In this document: positions 16,310 through 24,321 of the stretch, piece after piece
Numbering within the stretch: the first letter of the stretch is position 1
Layout of the letters: each line of letters starts with the position of its first letter
NCBI GenBank assembly: GCA_045653945.1
Contig: JAZOML010000066.1
Coordinates: 9,900 to 73,899, forward strand
DNA from: Eubacteriales bacterium
GTDB taxonomy: Bacteria > Bacillota > Clostridia > Oscillospirales > CAG-272
DNA: 64,000 nt
Reading direction: 5' to 3'
Notes under the pieces: model-generated
What the model was told of the DNA's origin: nothing
The model's input: the letters and a program-made list of their open reading frames with translations, nothing else
Databases searched by the model: none
Made by a program: the position numbers and the translations under genes

Positions 16310-17487
16310 TTATCGGATTTGAAGGAACTCCAATTTGTTATAATCAGCTTACAGGTATAGGAATACACGAAAAAGAGCTTTGTAAATCAATGATTTCCAA
16401 CTATCCCGATGATAGCTATGTATTCAGTTATTTTGCGGATATTTTTAGAGGCAAGCAAAAGCATAAGATTATGCAGCAGTATTTATCCGAAAACGTCGAG
16501 TTAAAAAGCTTTCCGCTTATTTCGGCAGGATTATACCGACTGATATGGGGGATACTACCAATACCTTATCGTTTCTTTTTTGGCGGCAAGCCGGAAATTA
16601 CACATTTCTTTAATTTTCTTTTGCCTCCTGGAGTTAAGGGTAAAAAGGTAGTTACCGTTCATGATTTGGCTTTTGTCAGATACCCCGAAACGGTTGCCTT
16701 CAAAACAAGAAAGGCACTTTCACTCCGACTTAGCAAAACGCTTAAAAAGGCAGACCATATATTTGTTGCTTCCGATTTTACGGCGCGGGAGCTTGACGAG
16801 CTTTACGGTGTTCCGGCTAAGAAGATGACAACAGTTTATGCTGGAGTGGACAAAAACGTTTTCAGACCTATGGAATTTTCTGAATGTAAGGATATTCTTG
16901 AGGCAAAGGGACTAGATGACAAGAGCTACTTTTTTTATCTTGGTACAATTGAACCGAGAAAAAATATTAAGCGAATGATTTACGCTTACCTGCAAACAAT
17001 AAAAAAGCTTAATGCTGAGGGAAGGGGAACAATTCCGCTTGTTATTGGCGGTAAGCTTGGTTGGTATTACGAAGAAATTCTTAAACTAATCAAAGGTGAG
17101 GGAATTGAGGATAAAATTATACTTGCGGGTTATCTTGAAGATAAAGAAAAGGTTGCACTGTATTCAAGAGCGAGGGCATTTGTTTTTCCTTCGCTTTACG
17201 AGGGCTTTGGAATCCCTGTTCTTGAGGCTATGGCGTGTGCGACACCTGTTTTGACGTCAAACGTTTCCTCTCTCCCCGAGGTTGTGGGGGATAAGGCAAT
17301 TTTATGTAACCCATTTGATGTAAATGAAATTGCAGACGGTATTTACCGTCTTGCGACAGACGAGTCATTGTGTGGGGTACTTTCACGCGAAGGCTTTGAA
17401 CGTTCCAAAATGTTTTCTTGGGACACAAGCGCCCGTGTTATGCACAAGGTTTATGAAAATTTAGTAGGTGGGATTAAAAATCAATAA
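16306..17487 (+). CDS. GT4-family (GT-B) glycosyltransferase
   Basis: 393 aa. The C-terminal FPSLYEGFGIPVLEAMACATPV motif is typical of GT4. Translationally coupled to manC. Confidence 0.85.
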   Translation: MIIGFEGTPICYNQLTGIGIHEKELCKSMISNYPDDSYVFSYFADIFRGKQKHKIMQQYLSENVELKSFPLISAGLYRLIWGILPIPYRFFFGGKPEITHFFNFLLPPGVKGKKVVTVHDLAFVRYPETVAFKTRKALSLRLSKTLKKADHIFVASDFTARELDELYGVPAKKMTTVYAGVDKNVFRPMEFSECKDILEAKGLDDKSYFFYLGTIEPRKNIKRMIYAYLQTIKKLNAEGRGTIPLVIGGKLGWYYEEILKLIKGEGIEDKIILAGYLEDKEKVALYSRARAFVFPSLYEGFGIPVLEAMACATPVLTSNVSSLPEVVGDKAILCNPFDVNEIADGIYRLATDESLCGVLSREGFERSKMFSWDTSARVMHKVYENLVGGIKNQ

Positions 17488-17507
17488 TTACCTGAGGCTT
17501 ATCCATT

Positions 17508-18701
17508 ATGATAAATAAAAGAAATAAATTGCCTGAAAAAGAGGATAGAATAAAGATTTTGCAGGCAGCTAAATGGTATTGGCCAAAGGTTGGCGGCATT
17601 GAAACGGTAGCAATGGCTATTACAAATGCCGTAAAAGACAAGGCAGATATGAGAATTCTCGTTTGCTCAGGTAATAAGCAAAAGGAAGAAGGAATAATCG
17701 GCGATAACGTTTACGTTTACAGAGCAAAAACGCCGTTTAAGATATGTTCAACGCCTATTTCATTTGATTATATACGCAAATTCAGAAAAATGTCAAATGA
17801 CGTTGATTTAATTCAGCTTCACGCACCCTTTCCGCTTTCCGACCTTGCGCTGTTTTTGAGTCCAAAAACAAGAAATATAAAAAAGGTTCTTTGGTATCAT
17901 AGCGACGTTGTAAAGCAAAAGAAACTGAAGCTTTTTTACAGCCCGCTCATTAAGTGGCTGCTAAAAAGAGTAGATAGAATCTACGTTGCAAGTCTTTCAA
18001 TAGCCAATCAGTCTGAATACCTTTCAAAATATATGGATAAGGTTGAGGAAATTCCGTTTGGAATTTCGGTCAAGGAATACGATAAGGCTGAAAAATCCCC
18101 GATTTTAACTAATAAATTAAATTGTAAAAAGAACGTAAAGCTTCTCTTTGTAGGACGTTTGGTTTATTATAAAGGCGTTGACGTGCTTTTGCAGGCTATG
18201 ACTAGGGTGGAAGGAGCAGAGCTTTTTATTATCGGCGACGGCGAGCTTAAAGGTACTCTCAAAAGACTTACGAAGGAGCTTGGTCTTCAAGAAAAGGTAC
18301 ACTTTATGGGAAGAATGCCTCAAAAGGACCTTTATGCGGCGTTTGCCGATAGCGACGTGTTTGTTTTACCTTCGGTAAACCGAGCGGAGTGCTTTGGACT
18401 TGTTCAGCTTGAGGCTATGGTTTACGGTAAGCCTGTAATTAATACAGCGCTTCCAACAGCCGTTCCCGAGGTTAGCTTAAACGGTGTAACCGGACTTACA
18501 GTAGAACCTTTAAATGTGGACGAGCTTGCACAAGCAATAACTATGTTGGTAAAAGATAAGGAGCTTCGTGAAAAATACGGAGCAAATGCGAGAATACGTT
18601 GTGAGGAAAAATTTAGTCTTACTGTAATGCAGGAAAAATTGTATAATTCCTATCTCAGACTTTTAAGTGAAAAGAAAAACGCAAATAATAAAGAAAACTA
18701 A
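17508..18701 (+). CDS. GT4-family (GT-B) glycosyltransferase
   Basis: 397 aa. LPSVNRAECFGLVQLEAMVYGKPVI motif. Confidence 0.85.
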   Translation: MINKRNKLPEKEDRIKILQAAKWYWPKVGGIETVAMAITNAVKDKADMRILVCSGNKQKEEGIIGDNVYVYRAKTPFKICSTPISFDYIRKFRKMSNDVDLIQLHAPFPLSDLALFLSPKTRNIKKVLWYHSDVVKQKKLKLFYSPLIKWLLKRVDRIYVASLSIANQSEYLSKYMDKVEEIPFGISVKEYDKAEKSPILTNKLNCKKNVKLLFVGRLVYYKGVDVLLQAMTRVEGAELFIIGDGELKGTLKRLTKELGLQEKVHFMGRMPQKDLYAAFADSDVFVLPSVNRAECFGLVQLEAMVYGKPVINTALPTAVPEVSLNGVTGLTVEPLNVDELAQAITMLVKDKELREKYGANARIRCEEKFSLTVMQEKLYNSYLRLLSEKKNANNKEN

Positions 18702-18724
18702 ATTTTCACACGAAAGGGCAGAGA

Positions 18725-19591
18725 ATGCAAAATAGCAATACTCAGAACACTATCGAAGCTGTATATGTAAAGAAAACAGGTCAAAAAGAAAGCTTTTGGC
18801 AGACGGTTTTGGAAATATGGGCATATAGACAGATGATAATCTCATTTGTAAGACGTGATTTGCGCGGACGTTATAAGGGCTCGGTATTCGGTTTTTTATG
18901 GACGTTTATAAATCCGCTTTTGCAGCTTATGGTATACACGATAGTTTTCACCGTAATTATGCCATCTGGAATTGAAAATTATCATCTTCATCTTTTTGTG
19001 GCGCTTATACCTTGGATTTTTTTCTCGGCATCAGTAACGGGCGGCTCGACCTCAGTGCTCTCATACAAGGATATGGTAAAGAAGATATACTTTCCAAGAG
19101 AGGTTCTTCCTATTTCGACGGTAACAACTAATTTTGTAAATATGCTACTTTGCTTTGTAGTTGTGTTCGCCGTCGCATTTGGAAGTGGCTACGTACCTGT
19201 AACGGGTGAGCATTTCCTTGCACTCTTGTATCTTATTCCATTGTTTATTATTGAATATGTGCTTTCGCTGGGAGTTGCTTTTTTTGCGGCAGCTATAACC
19301 GTATATTTCAGAGATATGGAGCACATTTTTGGGATTCTTGTTATGGCTTGGCAGTTCCTTACTCCCGTTCTTTACAATTTCGACCAGATAAAAAATGAAA
19401 CGGTAAGAACTGTTTTTTATCTCAACCCTATGGCGCCTATAATAAAAGGATACAGAGATATTATCTATCACCAGACTATACCTGCTGGTGCGCTTGAGCT
19501 ACTATACTCATTTGTTATCGGTCTAGTTATGCTTGTGATTGGTTGGCTAGTTTTTGAAAAACTGAAAAGACGCTTTGCCGAAGAACTCTGA
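18725..19591 (+). CDS. ABC-2-type polysaccharide exporter permease (Wzm/TagG-like)
   Basis: 288 aa with six predicted TM helices. N-terminal RDLRGRYKGSVFGFLW motif typical of ABC-2 glycan exporters. Confidence 0.85.
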   Translation: MQNSNTQNTIEAVYVKKTGQKESFWQTVLEIWAYRQMIISFVRRDLRGRYKGSVFGFLWTFINPLLQLMVYTIVFTVIMPSGIENYHLHLFVALIPWIFFSASVTGGSTSVLSYKDMVKKIYFPREVLPISTVTTNFVNMLLCFVVVFAVAFGSGYVPVTGEHFLALLYLIPLFIIEYVLSLGVAFFAAAITVYFRDMEHIFGILVMAWQFLTPVLYNFDQIKNETVRTVFYLNPMAPIIKGYRDIIYHQTIPAGALELLYSFVIGLVMLVIGWLVFEKLKRRFAEEL

Positions 19592-19612
19592 CAGTGCCTG
19601 AAAGGATAATCA

Positions 19613-20368
19613 ATGGTTTTAAATAATGAAAATATATATGCAATAGAACTTGAGAACGTTTATAAGCACTATCGTATTTATCGAGATAAGGGAAACGAGC
19701 TTAAGGAAAAAATTCTATTTTGGCGCCGTAATGAATACACCAAAAATAAGGTTATTGACGGTATATCTCTTAAGGTGAAAAAGGGCGAGGCAGTTGGATT
19801 TATCGGTCATAACGGTTGCGGTAAAAGTACACTTTTAAAGCTGCTCAGCCGAATTATTTACCCCGATAAAGGTACGGTAACCACGTGCGGAAGAATATCG
19901 GGACTTATAGAGCTTGGAGCAGGATTTCACCCAGATATGACGGGCAGAGAAAACATATATAATAATGCCTCTATATTTGGACTCAATAAGAAGGAAATTG
20001 ATAAGCGTCTTGAAAAAATTATAGAATTTTCGGGACTTGGTGAATTTATCGACTCTCCGGTCAGAACGTATTCTTCGGGTATGTATATGCGTTTGGGATT
20101 TTCGGTGGCAATAAACGTTGAGGCAGATATTCTTCTTATAGACGAAATACTTGCTGTGGGCGATGCGGAATTTCAGGCGAAATGCATTAATGCACTTAAT
20201 GGGATTAAGGCAAAGGGGACAACTATCGTAATAGTCAGCCACTCCCTTGGTCAAATTGAATCTATATGTGAGAGAACCTATTGGATAGACGACGGTAAAA
20301 TCTGTATGGAGGGAGAACCTAAGTCTGTTCACAAGGCTTATACTATTGCAATGACGGCGGAGAATTAA
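19613..20368 (+). CDS. ABC polysaccharide exporter ATPase (Wzt/TagH-like), no C-terminal carbohydrate-binding domain
   Basis: 251 aa. Walker A GHNGCGKST, signature YSSGMYMRLGFS, Walker B LLIDEILAVGD. Confidence 0.9.
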   Translation: MVLNNENIYAIELENVYKHYRIYRDKGNELKEKILFWRRNEYTKNKVIDGISLKVKKGEAVGFIGHNGCGKSTLLKLLSRIIYPDKGTVTTCGRISGLIELGAGFHPDMTGRENIYNNASIFGLNKKEIDKRLEKIIEFSGLGEFIDSPVRTYSSGMYMRLGFSVAINVEADILLIDEILAVGDAEFQAKCINALNGIKAKGTTIVIVSHSLGQIESICERTYWIDDGKICMEGEPKSVHKAYTIAMTAEN

Positions 20369-20425
20369 GTTGAGATTAAAGCGGTAAACTAATAACGCTT
20401 ACCGCTTTTACTACATAAACGGAGT

Positions 20426-21703
20426 ATGAAAATGGATAAAAAAACAAAACAAATACTGCACGTTAGCTCTTATGATGATGACGGCATACACTCAATGCAT
20501 ATAACACTTGGTGCAGCAGTACCTTTTTTGCCGTATGTATTATCACTGCTTGTGCTTGTGGTTACCGTAACCTCTATACTGCTATTTAAACGTACGCGTG
20601 AGGCTATTTTTCAACATAAAAGAATGTATACGATAGTACTTGCAATTACGGGAGTTTCGCTATTTGGCTCAGTTTTGGCGCTTAATTATATCGGAATGTT
20701 GGTTTGTCTTGGAATATTTTTGGTGCTGACCTTTGCAACCTACATCAGGACTGTAATGACAAAAAAGATGTTTGAAAGGGTACAAGCTGTGTCCGCCATC
20801 GGTGGAATTTTCGTTGGAATAGTAGCTATTATTCAGTGCTTTTTAAATAGAAAAGTGGTAAATTTTCGCCCTACATCCTTCGCGTTTAACCCCAATTATC
20901 TTGGTCTTATATGTACCCTTTCGGCACTTATTTCACTTGTGGCACTTTTGGAAAGAAATTCAAACGAGAAAAATAATAAAAACATTTTAACACAGATTTT
21001 GTTTGCTTTAAGCGGTGCTATTTGTGTAGCCACTGTATTTTTAAGCGAAAGTCGTTCCTCACTTCTTGGTCTTTTGGCGGGAATAACCGTCTATTTTCTT
21101 TTGAAAAAGAGATTTGTAATTTTCAGTTTAATCGTTATATGCGGTGCATCACTTATTATACTTGGATATTTTTATCCCAACGTATTCGGCTGGACTAACT
21201 CAATTTCCTTTGTTCTCAATCAAAGAATAGGGATATGGCTTTCTGCACTAGACATTTATATTGCAAATCCTGTCAGAATTCTGGTTGGTATGGGGCCGAT
21301 GTCATATCTGCACGCAGGACAAAACGGGCTTATTTCGGACAAATGGTTTGATGCCGAGTGGCTAAACGAAATCGGAATTTTAAAGTCGATTGAGGACAGT
21401 GCGGTGGTAGAAAAATGTATTTCCGATATAACGACTGCAATTCACTCTCACAATCTTATAATCGATATTCTTATAAACGGCGGAATCTTGGGTGCGCTTT
21501 GTTATCTTGCGCTGGGGAGAAGCTTCATCAGACACGGCAATAAGAGAAGAAAAGCAGGTGATAAATCAGCGTTTATAAGTGTTTTAGTTGCTGTTACCGT
21601 AGTTCTAACTGCGGGAATTGTTGACGTTACAATTATGTGGTACCAAAGCGCGGTGCTGTTTGTGTTGATGTGTACCACAGTATACACCGATGCAAGGGTT
21701 TAG
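20426..21703 (+). CDS. O-antigen ligase/polymerase-like (Wzy_C/WaaL family) polytopic membrane protein
   Basis: 425 aa with at least 10 hydrophobic helices and a large loop late in the protein (residues about 300-350). The family call is by architecture and context. An alternative ATG lies at 20432. Confidence 0.6.
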   Translation: MKMDKKTKQILHVSSYDDDGIHSMHITLGAAVPFLPYVLSLLVLVVTVTSILLFKRTREAIFQHKRMYTIVLAITGVSLFGSVLALNYIGMLVCLGIFLVLTFATYIRTVMTKKMFERVQAVSAIGGIFVGIVAIIQCFLNRKVVNFRPTSFAFNPNYLGLICTLSALISLVALLERNSNEKNNKNILTQILFALSGAICVATVFLSESRSSLLGLLAGITVYFLLKKRFVIFSLIVICGASLIILGYFYPNVFGWTNSISFVLNQRIGIWLSALDIYIANPVRILVGMGPMSYLHAGQNGLISDKWFDAEWLNEIGILKSIEDSAVVEKCISDITTAIHSHNLIIDILINGGILGALCYLALGRSFIRHGNKRRKAGDKSAFISVLVAVTVVLTAGIVDVTIMWYQSAVLFVLMCTTVYTDARV

Positions 21704-21715
21704 TTTATAGTAGAT

Positions 21716-21745
21716 AAACGGAAAGGTGAAGCCTTTCCGTTTTTA
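21716..21745 (+). terminator. Intrinsic terminator
   Basis: ACGGAAAGG-TGAAG-CCTTTCCGT followed by TTTTT. Confidence 0.85.
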
Positions 21746-21814
21746 TATATTCGCTAAAAAAATTTTGGTTTAATAAATATATAATAAATCTAATATGTAT
21801 AATATTTATTATTA

Positions 21815-21843
21815 TTGACAAGAGTAGAATTTTGATGTATAAT
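21815..21843 (+). promoter_or_regulatory. Sigma-A-type promoter (TTGACA-17-TATAAT)
   Basis: Perfect consensus hexamers at 21815-21820 and 21838-21843 with a 17-nt spacer, in an AT-rich gap upstream of 21877. Confidence 0.7.
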
Positions 21844-21876
21844 TAAACTAATAAATTATGTGTGCGGAGAAATTTT

Positions 21877-22542
21877 ATGAAAAAAAACCGTATTATAAAA
21901 TACTTGTGCCTTATACTCACATTAACCTTGCTGTTGACCTCTCTTTGCGGTTGCTTTGATTTTGATAAGATGATGATTGACCTTGGAATGTATGAAGAAA
22001 AAAAGGATGTAAATGCCAAGTATAACGTTATGTTACGCGATGGCGAAGGTTACGTTTGTGTAGACAAGGAAAACCTGAAATCCATTTGGGAAGGAGAACC
22101 CGTCGTATTCCAAATTCAGTTGCGTGAGGGATATATTTATATGGGTAATTCTGCGGGGGCAGATTATAATCCCGAAACGGGAACACTGAAAATAAAACGT
22201 GTTACGGCACCCGTTACAATAGACGTGCAGGTTGGAAACAAATATGACCTTTACTGTGTTGACGTAAGGATTCCCGAGGGAGTAATACGAGAAAGCAGCA
22301 AGGGGGATACATTCCCGTTTATTCGTGGCGGAGAATGGTCGACAATACCCGGAAAGGTAATCGTATCCGTTAAGGATTGCTATGATAAAAGTGTTTACAA
22401 GTTCGTTGAGTGGAGAATGCACGAGAACGGCGCCTTAATAGATTGGACAGGCTCCTCACCCGATGAGGAAGAATTTTCTTTCCAGACACTTGAAAAGGGA
22501 ATTGTAAAGCTGGAAGCCATCTTTGAGTCGGCGAATAATTAA
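21877..22542 (+). CDS. Hypothetical lipoprotein
   Basis: Start at ATG 21877. Signal peptide with lipobox LTSL-C-GC. No family recognised with confidence. Confidence 0.6.
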   Translation: MKKNRIIKYLCLILTLTLLLTSLCGCFDFDKMMIDLGMYEEKKDVNAKYNVMLRDGEGYVCVDKENLKSIWEGEPVVFQIQLREGYIYMGNSAGADYNPETGTLKIKRVTAPVTIDVQVGNKYDLYCVDVRIPEGVIRESSKGDTFPFIRGGEWSTIPGKVIVSVKDCYDKSVYKFVEWRMHENGALIDWTGSSPDEEEFSFQTLEKGIVKLEAIFESANN

Positions 22543-22823
22543 TGGGGGAATTTAAAATGGAATACGTAATATTTAATTCGCCCCTTTCGCTTATTGCGTT
22601 TGCAGTTGCTACAGGAATTTATCTTATTCTTGGTATTATGCGCAGATATATGCCAAGAATGATTATTATACCAGGTATTCTCGGTATTTTAAATATCATT
22701 TTGCACGTTGGCATATTTTTACTTTGTATGTATCTTGGAGCAACTATGCAAGAGATATTGTTTGTATTTGTCGTGTCGGGCGCCATTGCCTTGACAGTTA
22801 CAAGGCAAAGAAAGGGGGAATAA
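22542..22823 (+). CDS. Small integral membrane protein (3 TM), unknown function
   Basis: 93 aa. The start overlaps the upstream stop (TAATG). Three hydrophobic helices. Confidence 0.55.
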   Translation: MGEFKMEYVIFNSPLSLIAFAVATGIYLILGIMRRYMPRMIIIPGILGILNIILHVGIFLLCMYLGATMQEILFVFVVSGAIALTVTRQRKGE

Positions 22824-22827
22824 CGGT

Positions 22828-24309
22828 ATGGATATAATTTCACTCGCTTTCTTACTGTTTTTGCCGATAACCCTCATTCTTTACAGAATATTTCCTGCAA
22901 GACTGCGTTGGTTTGTACTTCTTGTGGCAGGATACGTTTTCCTCGGGATATATAATCCTTTGAGTTTACTTGCGATTATACTTATAACACTTGTAACATA
23001 TATTTGCGCAAGAAAAATCGAGTCGGAAATTGAAACGACAAAGAAACGATTCTATCTTATTCTTTCAACGGTTGTTTCTGTTGGCTCACTTATTGCATAT
23101 AAATATTTTGATTTCTTTGTTGATGAAATAATAAAATTCATTTCAATTTTTGGAATAAGTTTGCGTAGCGTTACGCTTAACCTCGTAATTCCGATAGGAA
23201 TATCCTTTATCGCACTTCGTTCGATTGCTTATACAGTAGAGGTTTTTCGCAAGAAAATTAAGCCCGAAAAACACTTTGGATACTATTCGCTGTATCTTTC
23301 GTTTTTTCCGACGCTTTTCGCAGGACCGATTGAAAAGCCTGCAGAATTCATTGAACAGCTTAAGCTGAAAAAACCGTTTGCGGGGTACGACGGTGCAAGA
23401 GGCCTAAAGCTTCTTGGCGTTGGATTTTTTAAGATAGCGGTTGTTTCAAGACAGGTTGCCTTTTACGTTGATTTGGTATATTCAAACGTTGGTTCAATCA
23501 ACGCAAACCTTATGAACGGCTTTACAGTGTTTCTTTCTACAGTTTTGTTTATGGCGCAGATATACTGTGATTTTTCAGGATATTGCGATATTGCGGCAGG
23601 CTGCTCAGCACTTATGGGAATAAAGCTTTCCACAAGCTACAATGCGCCCTATCTTGCAAACGGAATAAATGACTTCCTATACCGTTGGAATATAACCGTA
23701 AATAATTGGTTTGACAGCTATGTTTTGCAGCCTATTAAGGGCGAAGGTGAGTCTAAGATAAAAAAATACATAGCGATTGCAGTTGCCTGCTTACTTGGTG
23801 GACTTTGGTATGGCGCAGAATGGAGCTTTATTGTTCTAGGTGCTACCGTAGGAGCTATGATTATACTCTCGGAACTCCTTGCGCCGTTTGGAGCAAAAGT
23901 GCTTAATAGCTTCGGGCTTAAGCCCGAGGGTAAGCTCGTAAAAGCCGTAAAACGCTTGTTTATGATATTCTTATCCTTTGTTTTTGCAATGCTTGTAAGA
24001 GCTGATGATATAGTAGACTTTGGGCGTCTTTTTGCTACACTGCTTGCGGGCTGGTCAGGTGTAAGCCTTGCGACATCACTGAGCGAAATCGGAATGACGA
24101 TGCTCACGCTTGTAACTGTTTTGGCATCAATTTACTCGGTTGTTTTGCTTGATAAACAAATTTCCTTAGAAAAGGATAAGCTTCGCTTAAACTCGGTAGC
24201 AAGAGCAGAAAGAGTACAAGCTTATACTGTGCTTGGTTGGGCGATAGCGATAGCCTTTCTTATGCTTCTTGTATCTGATACAGGCATATATCAGTATTTT
24301 GTATTTTAG
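22828..24309 (+). CDS. MBOAT-family membrane O-acyltransferase (AlgI/DltB/PatA type)
   Basis: 493 aa and polytopic. The N-terminus (SLAFLLFLPITLILYRIF) and overall pattern resemble AlgI/DltB-like MBOATs. Confidence 0.8.
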   Translation: MDIISLAFLLFLPITLILYRIFPARLRWFVLLVAGYVFLGIYNPLSLLAIILITLVTYICARKIESEIETTKKRFYLILSTVVSVGSLIAYKYFDFFVDEIIKFISIFGISLRSVTLNLVIPIGISFIALRSIAYTVEVFRKKIKPEKHFGYYSLYLSFFPTLFAGPIEKPAEFIEQLKLKKPFAGYDGARGLKLLGVGFFKIAVVSRQVAFYVDLVYSNVGSINANLMNGFTVFLSTVLFMAQIYCDFSGYCDIAAGCSALMGIKLSTSYNAPYLANGINDFLYRWNITVNNWFDSYVLQPIKGEGESKIKKYIAIAVACLLGGLWYGAEWSFIVLGATVGAMIILSELLAPFGAKVLNSFGLKPEGKLVKAVKRLFMIFLSFVFAMLVRADDIVDFGRLFATLLAGWSGVSLATSLSEIGMTMLTLVTVLASIYSVVLLDKQISLEKDKLRLNSVARAERVQAYTVLGWAIAIAFLMLLVSDTGIYQYFVF

Positions 24310-24321
24310 GAGGGCGCATAA

